From Myxococcales bacterium (lineage in GTDB: Bacteria > Myxococcota_A > Polyangia > Polyangiales > DASUME01): a stretch of 64,000 bases of DNA. The stretch spans positions 448,001 through 512,000 of the forward strand of contig JASGJH010000001.1 in NCBI GenBank assembly GCA_047601445.1, read 5' to 3'. Made by a program: the position numbers and the translations under genes. The notes beneath the pieces were generated by a model. The model made no database searches, was not told the origin of the DNA, and was given only the letters and a program-made list of their open reading frames with translations. Below are positions 9,799-19,755 of the stretch, in pieces (positions within the stretch are counted from its first letter, which is position 1; each line of letters opens with the position of its first letter).

Positions 9799-10555
9799 CA
9801 GCTCAGGCCGGGAGTTATTCGCGGGTGAGGGCGGGAGGCACAGCGCTCGCCGCGCGAAATCGCGGGCGCGCGCCGCGCGGCTCCGCTCGGGGTGTCGCCC
9901 CCGGCGCGACCCGCGGACGGCGAGCAGGGCTTCAGCGACGATCGCCACTCCGCGCGTGAAGTCCACGGCTGCAGTTGGCCGCCGCTTGGGACAAGGCAGT
10001 CGCTGCCGCTATTCGGCTTCATGGATCGCGACGGGCCTGGCGAGCATGGCCAGCCACGAGCCACCCCCGCCTTGGCTGCAACGGCAGGGGTGACCCTCGG
10101 CCTATTTCAATACCAAGTGTGGGAGCTCGCGGCGCTGGCGTGGGCGATGTAGCGAACGATGCCCCGATGCCGCCGTCCCGGGGGCAACATTGTTCCGCGC
10201 TCGAAGGAGCCGCGTCGAGCGCACCCCGGCTGTGCCGCACCTTCACCGCGATCCAACCTCCCTCATTCCGGTCAGCCACGTGGCGCGGTACGCGGCGCCA
10301 GAGCCACCTCGACCTACTGTGCGGCAGGATCGAAGTGGCTACCCAGCCCCAAAGCCATCGGAGTACCGACGTCGAAGGGTACGGCGGCGACCAAGAAGAT
10401 CTGACCCTGGTGGGCGATGCAGCCTAGTCAGCCGAAGTCTGCAAGCCAGTTGGCGGCGCGGCTCACAGTGCGCGTGCTTAGATCGGCGCGGGATGCTGCA
10501 ATACGCATTTTTCCTTTGCCAATGGTGGTGCAAACCGGGCGAAACTTGAGGAGTC

Positions 10556-11524
10556 ATGAAGGAACTCAAGTGCGCGCCACGCAGGGACGGGGAGGCCAGC
10601 GCCACCGGAACCAGGCGCGTCCTCGACGATGACGATCCCACCGAGATCATCTCCGAGGTACCCAAGGGCAAGAGCCCCCTCGATATGGCTATTGGTGACC
10701 GTATCGGTGACTACGTCCTCGAGCGGCACATCGGCGACGGTGGTGGCGGCATTGTCTACGCTGCCCGCCATCAGCTGACAGGGCGCGCCGTGGCACTCAA
10801 GCTGCTCCGGCCGGAGATGGCTCTCTTGAACAAGATGGTCACCCGCTTCGTGCGCGAAGCCGAGGCCGTCAATCGCATCAAGCACCCCAACATCGTAGAG
10901 ATGCTGGAGTTCGGCGAGCTACAGCCCGGGCGCCCCTACTATGTGATGGAGCTGCTCGAGGGCATGGATCTCGGCACGTACTTGCGAACCAAGGGACGCC
11001 TCAGGCCCCCGGCGTGCTTCGAGATCTTGGCGCCGGCTCTTTCTGCTGTGGCCGCCGCTCACAAGGTCGGCATCGTCCATCGCGATATCAAGGCCAGCAA
11101 CATCTTCGTGGCTCAGATCAACGGCAAGCAGACCGTCAAGCTGCTCGACTTCGGTATCGCCAAGCAAGTGAACCCCGAACCCGGCAAGGAGGGGCTCACG
11201 GAACCCGGCGCGCGGCTCGGTACAGCCTCCAACATGGCCCCCGAGCAAATCCGCTGCGAACGCACCGACGAGCGCACGGACATCTACGCGATCGGCGTGG
11301 TCATGTTCCAGCTGATGACTGGGCATTACCCATTCGAAGCCGATGATCCCTGGCAGATGTCCTGGCTGCATCTGCAGGCGCCGCCCCCGCAGCCGAGTCT
11401 TCTGGTGGCGCGCATTCCGCCCGCCCTCGACGCCGTCATCCTCAAGTGCCTCGAGAAAAAGCCCGAGGCGCGCTTTCAATCGGTGGATGATCTCATCGCG
11501 GCCTTCCGCGCAGCCATCGCGTAG
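10556..11524 (+). CDS. Cytoplasmic Hanks-type Ser/Thr protein kinase
   Basis: GDGGGGIVY, VALK, HRDIKASN, DFG, MAPE, DIYAIG; GAGGAG SD. Confidence 0.93.
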   Translation: MKELKCAPRRDGEASATGTRRVLDDDDPTEIISEVPKGKSPLDMAIGDRIGDYVLERHIGDGGGGIVYAARHQLTGRAVALKLLRPEMALLNKMVTRFVREAEAVNRIKHPNIVEMLEFGELQPGRPYYVMELLEGMDLGTYLRTKGRLRPPACFEILAPALSAVAAAHKVGIVHRDIKASNIFVAQINGKQTVKLLDFGIAKQVNPEPGKEGLTEPGARLGTASNMAPEQIRCERTDERTDIYAIGVVMFQLMTGHYPFEADDPWQMSWLHLQAPPPQPSLLVARIPPALDAVILKCLEKKPEARFQSVDDLIAAFRAAIA

Positions 11525-11534
11525 CTCTCCGCGA

Positions 11535-11960
11535 TCAGTGCAGGAGCGTCTCTGGCGGACGCGGTCGCTGCGCGCGACCGGCCAACACCGGCGACGCATG
11601 ATGGTGGGCGATGCGCCAGATGCCATCTTCCAGCACGAACGTGTTGATGGCGGTCATCGCGTTCTCGACTTCGCTGCCCTGCACCGTCGTCAGCAGGATC
11701 TCGCGGCACAGCACCCAACCGGCGTCCGCGCCGGCCACGATGGACGCGACCTCGACGCGAAAGCGGATCTCACGCGTGCCCTCGAAGATGCCGCGCCAGC
11801 TCTGCATCACGGCTTCGTGGCCGATCAACAGGTCCCAGCCGGGGTGGACGCAGGTGACGTTCGCCTTGCGTGCCCACTGGTCGGTCATGCGGTCGATATC
11901 GAGACTTTCGAAGGCCGCGTAGAAGGCGTCGTTAGCGGCACGCAGGGCAGGCTGGCTCAT
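11535..11960 (-). CDS. SnoaL/NTF2-like protein
   Basis: ANDAFYAAFESLD, CVHPGW, WRIAHHHAS. Confidence 0.88.
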   Translation of the reverse strand: MSQPALRAANDAFYAAFESLDIDRMTDQWARKANVTCVHPGWDLLIGHEAVMQSWRGIFEGTREIRFRVEVASIVAGADAGWVLCREILLTTVQGSEVENAMTAINTFVLEDGIWRIAHHHASPVLAGRAQRPRPPETLLH

Positions 11961-12091
11961 AAGGAGACGGTATTACCCCGCCCCCATCGAGCGCGCGAGG
12001 CGTCATCCCGACGTCGGACGAAGCAAGGCTCGCACAGCCCGACGTAACGAGGAGGTGCGGCCCGGGCCTCGAGGGATACACTTCGAGCCTC

Positions 12092-13375
12092 ATGAGCGAC
12101 CCGAACTCCAAGCAGCTATTCGAGCGCGCCCAGCGCGTTCTACCCGGCGGCGTCAATTCTCCCGTGCGTGCCTTCAAGGCAGTCGGCGGCGAACCGGTGT
12201 TCATCCGCGAGGCCCGCGGCCCGTACATCTACGGCGCCGATGGAGCGGAGTACGTCGACTTCGTGTGCAGCTGGGGGCCCATGATCCTCGGTCATGCGGA
12301 GGCTTCGGTGATTCAAACCATCGCCCGCACGGCGGCGCTCGGCACCAGCTACGGTGCGCCCACCGAGGGTGAGATCGTGATGGCCGAGACCCTGATCGAA
12401 GCGTTGCCTTCGATGGAGATGGTGCGCCTGGTTTCGAGCGGTACCGAAGCCGTGATGGGTGCGCTGCGCGTGGCGCGCGGGTTCACGGGGCGAGATCTCA
12501 TCATCAAGATGGAGGGCGGGTTTCACGGCGGCGCGGACTATCTGCTGGTGAAGGCAGGCAGCGGCTTGGCGACCTTGGGCGTGCCCGACAGCGCGGGCAT
12601 CCCGGCCGACGTGGCGCGCGTGACCTTGACCGTGCCCTACAACGATCTCGACGCAGTGAAGGCCGTGTTCCGGGCCCATCCCGAGAGCATCGCGGCGCTC
12701 ATCATCGAGCCGATCGCCGGGAACATGGGCTGCGTGCCACCGGCTCCGGGCTACCTGGCGGGACTGCGCGAGGTCACCCAGCAGCACGGCGCCCTGTTGG
12801 TGTTCGACGAGGTCATCAGCGGCTTCCGCGTTGGCTACTCCGGCGCCCAGGGCATGTTCGGGGTGAAGCCTGACCTCACCACGCTCGGCAAGATCGTCGG
12901 GGGAGGCCTTCCTCTCGGAGCCTACGGCGGCCGTCGCGACATCATGTCGAAGATCGCGCCGCTCGGTCCCGTGTACCAGGCCGGCACGCTGAGCGGGAAC
13001 CCCGTGGCGGTGCAGGCTGGGCTCGCCACGGTGCGCAAGCTCCAGGGGGAGGGGACCTACGAGCGTCTCGACCAGCTCGGCGCCCGGGTCGAAGCTGCCT
13101 TCGTCGAGGCCGCCAAGGCTGCCGGCGTGCCGCTCACCGTGCAGCGGGTGGGTTCCATGCTCACGCCTTTCTTCAGCCAAGGTCCCGTACGCAACTGGAA
13201 CGATGCGGCCGGCTGCGACACGGCCAAGTTCGGACGCTTCCACCGCGCCCTGCTCCAGGAGGGCGTGTACTGGCCACCCTCTCAGTACGAAGCTGGGTTC
13301 GTCTCGCTCGCTCACGACGAGCGCGCGCTGCAGCGCGTCGAGGGGGGCCTTCGGAACGCGTTTCGAGCGATCTAA
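12092..13375 (+). CDS. hemL: Glutamate-1-semialdehyde 2,1-aminomutase
   Basis: PGGVNSPVRAF, SGTEA, FDEVISGFR, GKIVGGGLP, YQAGTLSGNP. Confidence 0.96.
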   Translation: MSDPNSKQLFERAQRVLPGGVNSPVRAFKAVGGEPVFIREARGPYIYGADGAEYVDFVCSWGPMILGHAEASVIQTIARTAALGTSYGAPTEGEIVMAETLIEALPSMEMVRLVSSGTEAVMGALRVARGFTGRDLIIKMEGGFHGGADYLLVKAGSGLATLGVPDSAGIPADVARVTLTVPYNDLDAVKAVFRAHPESIAALIIEPIAGNMGCVPPAPGYLAGLREVTQQHGALLVFDEVISGFRVGYSGAQGMFGVKPDLTTLGKIVGGGLPLGAYGGRRDIMSKIAPLGPVYQAGTLSGNPVAVQAGLATVRKLQGEGTYERLDQLGARVEAAFVEAAKAAGVPLTVQRVGSMLTPFFSQGPVRNWNDAAGCDTAKFGRFHRALLQEGVYWPPSQYEAGFVSLAHDERALQRVEGGLRNAFRAI

Positions 13376-13426
13376 GTCGCGGAAACCACGCATCAAATCC
13401 AGGCGTGCTCTGGTCTTGGACCAGCC

Positions 13427-13455
13427 TTGACCCCAAGAAGGGGCTGTGCTAGGTA
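13427..13455 (+). promoter_or_regulatory. Candidate sigma70-type promoter of the atp F0 operon
   Basis: TTGACC-N17-TAGGTA with extended -10 TGn. Confidence 0.55.
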
Positions 13456-13703
13456 GCCGCGCGCTTGACGGGCGGAGACCCGGGTGCAGGCAGCGCGACG
13501 GAGCATCGTTCCGCGCGTCGCAGGTCCCTGAAACCGCACGACAAGCAGTCACGGTCGAGACGCGCGGAAGTCGCGCGTGAGCAGAACAGAGTGCGTCTCC
13601 AGGACGCCATAGAGACGGGTGCCCGAGTCGGGCGCCAAGTTACGGGGGCGCCCTGCGAGGCGCCGGTCACAGGGGCGCTCTGCGGAGCGCCAAGGAAGGC
13701 ACG

Positions 13704-13958
13704 ATGAGCCTCATCGGGCCGGAGGGCAGAAAACAACTCAAGCTGGCAGCGCGGTTTGCTTCGGCGGGACTTGAACTCGCCATCTCCATCGTCATCGGGT
13801 ACTTCGGCGGACGCGCATTGGACCGCTGGCTCGGGACGGGCCCCTACCTCGAATACGGGGGCTTGCTGCTCGGCATCGCATCTGGTTTTCGCACCCTCTT
13901 CAAGCTCGCTCGCACCGCCCAGAAAGCCGCCGGAGACGGCTCGGATTCCTCCCCCTAG
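13704..13958 (+). CDS. AtpZ/AtpI-family small membrane protein
   Basis: Two TMs, G..LDRWLGT.P motif; first gene of the atp operon. Confidence 0.85.
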   Translation: MSLIGPEGRKQLKLAARFASAGLELAISIVIGYFGGRALDRWLGTGPYLEYGGLLLGIASGFRTLFKLARTAQKAAGDGSDSSP

Positions 13959-13978
13959 CCCCCCAGAACCTCAGCTTC

Positions 13979-14362
13979 ATGACGACCCCCAACAACCTCC
14001 AACGCCTGAACCGGCCGCTGCTCACACTGGCAGCGATCCTGGTATCTGCGGCGTTTGGCTTGTGGGGCTCGGAGCGCGCGTTGGCCGCGCTCGCTGGTGT
14101 GATCGTGGGCCTGGCGAACTGGTTTTCGCTCGGCTGGTTGATGGGGCGTTTGGTGCTCGCCCAGCGCGCTCAGCGCGCCGTGATCTCTCTGCTCTTGGTG
14201 GGGAAGATCGGCCTGTTGATGGCCATTGTGTTCGTCCTGCTCAGGCACCTCAAGCTCGATGCGGTGGGGCTCCTGTGGGGACTTAGCGTGTTGTTTCTCG
14301 GACCCGTCATCAGCGCGCTGCTCGTCGGCGCGCCGAGCGCCGTGGCCCGCGAGGAGAATTAG
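13979..14362 (+). CDS. atpI: ATP synthase subunit I
   Basis: Four TM helices; directly upstream of atpB. Confidence 0.75.
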   Translation: MTTPNNLQRLNRPLLTLAAILVSAAFGLWGSERALAALAGVIVGLANWFSLGWLMGRLVLAQRAQRAVISLLLVGKIGLLMAIVFVLLRHLKLDAVGLLWGLSVLFLGPVISALLVGAPSAVAREEN

Positions 14363-14365
14363 TCG

Positions 14366-15154
14366 ATGCCTCACGACCAGTCTTGGTTCAACCTGCTGCC
14401 CTTCTTTCATGCGCTCGAAGCGGCCGCGGCCAAGTTGTCGGCACCCTTCAATAGCGAGGGCGTCAGCTGGATCGAGCATGCTCCTATCAGCGTCCAGCAC
14501 GTGCTCGGCCTGGCCACCGTGCTCCTGGTCCTCATCCTCTTGGCGCTAATCGCCCACGGGTCCCTCAAGGACACCAAGAGCGCGATCATCCCCGAAGATC
14601 GCATGTCGGCCCGCACGTTCGTGGAGCTGTTCGTCTCCACGGCTTACTCGATGATGTCCGACATCATGGGCAAGAAGGCCGCCAAGTTCTTCCTGCCGCT
14701 CATCGGCACCTGCGCCTTCATCATCCTCTTCTCCAACCTGATGGGACTCATCCCCGGGTTCTCGCCGCCCACCGGCAACCTGAACACCACGGTGGCGCTC
14801 TCGCTGGTGATCTTCTTCGCGACCCACATCTACGGTCTCAAGGAGAACGGCGTCGCGTACCTGAAGCACTTCATGGGCCCCGTGCTCGCGCTGGCGCCCC
14901 TGTTCATCGTGATCGAGATCATCAGCAACCTTGCGCGCCCGCTCTCGCTGTCCATCCGCTTGATGGGCAACATGTTCGCGGACCACCAGGTCGTCGGTGC
15001 CTTCAACGACATGGTGAAGTGGATCGTGCCTGTCGCGCCGATGGTGCTAGGCACGCTGGTGTGTGTGGTGCAGACGCTGGTCTTCTGCATCCTCTCGACC
15101 GTGTACATCGGCATGGCGGTCGCGCACCACGATCATGAAGAGGCTCATCACTGA
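14366..15154 (+). CDS. atpB: ATP synthase F0 subunit a
   Basis: NLMGLIPG, ARPLSLSIRLMGNMFA (essential Arg), VQTLVF. Confidence 0.95.
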   Translation: MPHDQSWFNLLPFFHALEAAAAKLSAPFNSEGVSWIEHAPISVQHVLGLATVLLVLILLALIAHGSLKDTKSAIIPEDRMSARTFVELFVSTAYSMMSDIMGKKAAKFFLPLIGTCAFIILFSNLMGLIPGFSPPTGNLNTTVALSLVIFFATHIYGLKENGVAYLKHFMGPVLALAPLFIVIEIISNLARPLSLSIRLMGNMFADHQVVGAFNDMVKWIVPVAPMVLGTLVCVVQTLVFCILSTVYIGMAVAHHDHEEAHH

Positions 15155-15302
15155 GCCTGGCAAGAAGCTCACCTCTGAGCTCAAGCGGGCCGACTGCCCT
15201 AGGACTTTTGGTCTCGAGTGCACAAGCCTCGGGGCCAGACAGAAGCAAATCAACCCGGACTCGAGAACCCGGCCGGTAAAGAAAGAAAGTTGGAGGCTCT
15301 CA

Positions 15303-15629
15303 ATGAAGAATAAGATGCTCAGTCTGTTGTCCGTCGTGTTCACCATGCTCATCGCGTCCAGCGCGTTCGCTCAGGAGGCCGCTGGCTCCTCGAACGAGTG
15401 GAGCGTGAAGACCTGGGGCCTGCTCGCCGCCGGTCTCGGCATGGCTCTCGCGGCCTTCGGTGGTGCGCTCGGCCAGGGCAAGGCTGCTGCTGCTGCTCTC
15501 GAGGGCATCGCGCGCAACCCCAGCGCGTCCGACAAGCTCTTCACCCCCATGATTCTCGGCCTCGCGCTGATCGAGTCCCTCGTCATCTACTCGCTCGTTA
15601 TCTCGATCCTCATCCTGAACAAGGTCTGA
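15303..15629 (+). CDS. atpE: ATP synthase F0 subunit c with N-terminal signal-like extension
   Basis: GALGQG, ARNP loop, LALIESL; GGAGG SD before ATG 15303. Confidence 0.95.
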   Translation: MKNKMLSLLSVVFTMLIASSAFAQEAAGSSNEWSVKTWGLLAAGLGMALAAFGGALGQGKAAAAALEGIARNPSASDKLFTPMILGLALIESLVIYSLVISILILNKV

Positions 15630-15683
15630 GGACACGGCCCGGCCGGCAAGCTCACTCGCGCACGGTACTACGGGTTGATCGAG

Positions 15684-15733
15684 AAAAAGGACGGTCTGCT
15701 TGGCGATGGTCGCCAGGCGGGCCGTTTCTTTTT
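15684..15733 (+). terminator. Intrinsic terminator after atpE
   Basis: About 18-bp stem including G-U pairs (GGACGGTCTGCTTGGCGA / TCGCCAGGCGGGCCGTTT) flanked by A and T tracts. Confidence 0.8.
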
Positions 15734-15914
15734 GTGGCGATCAGCCACACAGCTCCGCAAGCGGTGGTTACTTTTCGCGCTCGTCCTGTCACGTACGCCA
15801 CAACATTCCGCTACCTACTGGATTCGATAGAGGAAATCCGCACGGAAAACTTCACATCATTCGAGGAAGCCGTGCGAACATGGGCGCCATGTCGGGGCCG
15901 GGGATAGCCAACGC

Positions 15915-16280
15915 ATGGGACACGAAGTAGGTGGCCGGCTTGGAGCAGTTTTGATGCACGAACTGCGTCGTCACCCCCGCGTGGAGTTCGATCGCAAGGT
16001 TTGGTGCGAGCATCAGGCGTTGACGCTGTATTTGCCCGTTTCGAACGTGAGCGTGGGGGGCATGTTCCTCCAGACCAGCGCGCGCTTTCGGGTCGGGGAC
16101 ACCGTGCGTGTGTCCCTCGAACTCGAGGAGACCACGGGTGAGCGGGTGGTCGCCGACGTCGAGGTCGTGTGGAGCGGAAAGACGGGTCGCATCCCGGGCT
16201 TTGGCTGTCGCGTCGTGCGGTTCTCCGAGGGCGAAAGCGCCTACATGCGCCTAGTCGATCGCCTCGTGGCCCGCGCCTAG
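15915..16280 (+). CDS. Stand-alone PilZ domain protein (c-di-GMP receptor); start may be 15954
   Basis: RRHPR (RxxxR) and NVSVGG (D/NxSxxG) motifs. Confidence 0.88.
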   Translation: MGHEVGGRLGAVLMHELRRHPRVEFDRKVWCEHQALTLYLPVSNVSVGGMFLQTSARFRVGDTVRVSLELEETTGERVVADVEVVWSGKTGRIPGFGCRVVRFSEGESAYMRLVDRLVARA

Positions 16281-16362
16281 TCCGAAAACCGCTGCTACAA
16301 TGAGCGGACTGTGCGCGAGTGCGTGGAATGCATCGCGCCGGCAACCGTTGAGTGGAGCGGAC

Positions 16363-16878
16363 ATGGAGCCAAGCGGACGAGAGCCGAGCGAAGCGCAGGA
16401 GCCGACCCAGGCACGTTCGGGTGCGGGGCCCATCATCCGTGTGGCGCTGGTGTTGAGCCTGCTCGGTGGAGCGGTGGCCTTCCTGCTGCTCGGGGGCTCG
16501 GCTTCCGAAGCCTTCGTGTACTCGAAGCTGGTGGACCAGGTGATGCAGGACCCGGCGCAGTTCAAGGGGCGAGAGCTCCGCGTCGAGGGCCAGCTCAAGC
16601 CGGGTTCGATCCAGTTCCGTGAGGATCCCTGCGAGTGGCGCTTCGTGGTGGAGAAGGCCGGCAAGGAGATGCCCGTGCGCTTCCCGCAGTGCGTGGTGCC
16701 CGACACCTTCCGCGACGGCATGGGCATCAGCGTCACGGTGCAAGGCAAGCTCGCGCCGGACGGCGCAAGCTTCATCGCGAACCAAGTCGTCCCGCGTTGC
16801 CCGTCCAAGTACGAGATGCAGCAGCGCAAGAAGAACGGCGAAGTCATGCCGCACGGGGATGCCCTCAGCTCCAAGTGA
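16363..16878 (+). CDS. ccmE: Cytochrome c maturation heme chaperone CcmE, CxxxY type
   Basis: N-terminal TM, LRVEG, VPDTFRDG..V.V.G, CPSKY; GGAG SD before 16363. Confidence 0.85.
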   Translation: MEPSGREPSEAQEPTQARSGAGPIIRVALVLSLLGGAVAFLLLGGSASEAFVYSKLVDQVMQDPAQFKGRELRVEGQLKPGSIQFREDPCEWRFVVEKAGKEMPVRFPQCVVPDTFRDGMGISVTVQGKLAPDGASFIANQVVPRCPSKYEMQQRKKNGEVMPHGDALSSK

Positions 16879-16939
16879 CCGGGATCCCCGCACGACCCAG
16901 TGCTTCCGGTGCGCGTTAGAGGCACGCAGGTAATCGGGA

Positions 16940-16969
16940 TTGACTCGGGTGTGACCGGCCGCGTACATC
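16940..16969 (+). promoter_or_regulatory. Candidate promoter of pyrR-pyrB (possibly leaderless)
   Basis: TTGACT-N18-TACATC, 7 nt before the GTG start. Confidence 0.45.
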
Positions 16970-16976
16970 CTGTGGC

Positions 16977-17552
16977 GTGAGCTCAAGCCAACGCCCGCCC
17001 AGCATTCCGCCACCCGAGCTGGTGCTCGACCACGACGACATCGCGCGCGCCATTCGGCGCATCGCTTCGGCCATCGTCGAGCAGACCAGAGGCGGCAAGG
17101 AAATCGCCTTGGTGGGCATTCGCGGCGGTGGCGTCCCGCTCGCCAACCGCATCGCCTCCGATTTGCGCGCCCACGAGGGGCTGCGCGTGCCCATCGGCAC
17201 CGTGGAGATCGCCTTCTACCGGGACGACGTGGCGACCGCCAAGCCCAACCTCACAGCCGAGCCCAGCGCCATCGATTTCCAGGTCGACGGGCGCGACGTG
17301 GTGCTCGTGGACGACGTGGTGCAGACCGGGCGCTCGGTGCGCGCGGCCATCGATTGCTTGCTCGACTACGGTCGGCCTCGCCGTGTGTGGCTCGCCGTGT
17401 TGTGCGATCGCGGCGGACGCGAGCTGCCCATCGCGGCAGACTTCGTGGGACGCAAGGTCGACGTGCCGCAGGGCGGATATTTGGAAGTCAGCTTGGGTGG
17501 GCCCAGCGACCGGGTCGTGCTAGTGCGGCCCCCAATCTCGTTTCCAGACTGA
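16977..17552 (+). CDS. pyrR: PyrR pyrimidine regulator / uracil phosphoribosyltransferase
   Basis: [31 protein letters not shown]; adjacent to pyrB. Confidence 0.92.
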   Translation: MSSSQRPPSIPPPELVLDHDDIARAIRRIASAIVEQTRGGKEIALVGIRGGGVPLANRIASDLRAHEGLRVPIGTVEIAFYRDDVATAKPNLTAEPSAIDFQVDGRDVVLVDDVVQTGRSVRAAIDCLLDYGRPRRVWLAVLCDRGGRELPIAADFVGRKVDVPQGGYLEVSLGGPSDRVVLVRPPISFPD

Positions 17553-17572
17553 GCGAACGTGTGGGAGGCAAG

Positions 17573-18535
<963 letters not shown>

Positions 18536-18543
18536 GGCGGGAG

Positions 18544-19719
18544 ATGGCCGTTCTTACGGGACTCGACCGGATCTCCGGACGTGAATCCGAAGCGCTGCAC
18601 CTGGTTCAGGGGCGGCGCGTGGGACTGCTCGCCCATCCCGCCAGCGTCGACGGCTCGCTGCGGCACGCCGAAAGTGTGCTGGAAGGTGCGGGTGCCCGTG
18701 TGGTCGCCTTGTTCGGTCCCGAGCACGGCTACGCGGGCGAGGCCCAGGACATGGTGGGGGTCGACGCCGAGCAGCGTCACCAGGTGCCTGTCTATTCTTT
18801 GTACGGCAGCACCTTCGACGATCTCTCGCCGCGACCGGAGTGGGTGCGCGGCCTCGACGCGGTGGTGATCGATCTGCAGGACGTGGGGAGTCGCTACTAC
18901 ACCTTCGTGTGGAGCGCGGCCCTGATGTTGCGCGTGTGTGCTCGCGAGGGCGTGCCGTGCCTGGTGCTCGACCGACCGAACCCGCTCGGCTGCGAGGTGA
19001 TGGAGGGTGCGCCGCAGCGCCCGGGCTATCGCTCGTTCGTGGGGCTCTACGACTTGCCCGTGCGGCACGCCATGACCATCGGCGAGATCCTCAACATGGT
19101 GCGGCGCCTGGATGGGCTCGACCATGAGGCGCTCAACGTGGTCCGCATGTTCGGCTACGAGCGCTCGATGCAGTGGTACGACACGGGGCTGCCCTGGGTC
19201 TTGCCGTCGCCCAACATGCCCACGCCCAACACCGCGTTCGTGTATCCCGGCGGCTGCTTGATCGAGGGCACCAATCTGTCGGAGGGGCGTGGGACCACGC
19301 GCCCGTTCGAGATTTGGGGGGCGCCCTTCGTGGATGGACGGCGTCTCGCGCGGGACCTGAGTGTCCACGCCGAGGGGGCGATCCTGAGGCCCCTGATGTT
19401 CGAGCCCACCTTCCACAAGCACGCCGGGCAGCGCTGTGGCGGGGTGCAGGTGCACGTGACGGATGCGCTGAAATTCCGCTCCTATGCGCTGTACTTGCGG
19501 ATGATCGCCTACGCTGCGCTGGCCGCCGGAGGGGGCTTCGCCTTCCGCCGCGAGACCTACGAGTATGTGAGCGACATTCCTGCGATCGACCTGCTCACGG
19601 GCGGTCCCGAGTTTAGAGAGGCCGTCGAGTCGCGCTCTGCACTGGACGACCTGTTCGTGCTCTACGGGCAATATCTGGCGGCCTTCGAGCCCCAGCGTCG
19701 CGAGTGGCTGCTCTACTGA
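18544..19719 (+). CDS. namZ: DUF1343/NamZ exo-beta-N-acetylmuramidase family, no signal peptide
   Basis: LFGPEHG, DLQDVGSRYYTF, LDRPNPL, WVLPSPNMP, SEGRGTTRPFE. Confidence 0.88.
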   Translation: MAVLTGLDRISGRESEALHLVQGRRVGLLAHPASVDGSLRHAESVLEGAGARVVALFGPEHGYAGEAQDMVGVDAEQRHQVPVYSLYGSTFDDLSPRPEWVRGLDAVVIDLQDVGSRYYTFVWSAALMLRVCAREGVPCLVLDRPNPLGCEVMEGAPQRPGYRSFVGLYDLPVRHAMTIGEILNMVRRLDGLDHEALNVVRMFGYERSMQWYDTGLPWVLPSPNMPTPNTAFVYPGGCLIEGTNLSEGRGTTRPFEIWGAPFVDGRRLARDLSVHAEGAILRPLMFEPTFHKHAGQRCGGVQVHVTDALKFRSYALYLRMIAYAALAAGGGFAFRRETYEYVSDIPAIDLLTGGPEFREAVESRSALDDLFVLYGQYLAAFEPQRREWLLY

Positions 19720-19755
19720 GTACAAAGCGAGGCGGCACCCGTCCATAATGTCCGG

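Noticed and set aside
10483..10501. Sigma54-like CGGCGCG..CTGCA upstream of the kinase at 10556
   Set aside because: GG-to-GC spacing is one base too long for the strict -24/-12 geometry.
15829..15895. GAGGAAATCC plus hairpin CGCACGG..CCGTGCG upstream of PilZ, as RNase P RNA or a c-di-GMP riboswitch
   Set aside because: Lacks the GAGGAAAGUCC core and the length of RNase P, and lacks the two-stem GEMM consensus; an unknown leader cannot be excluded.
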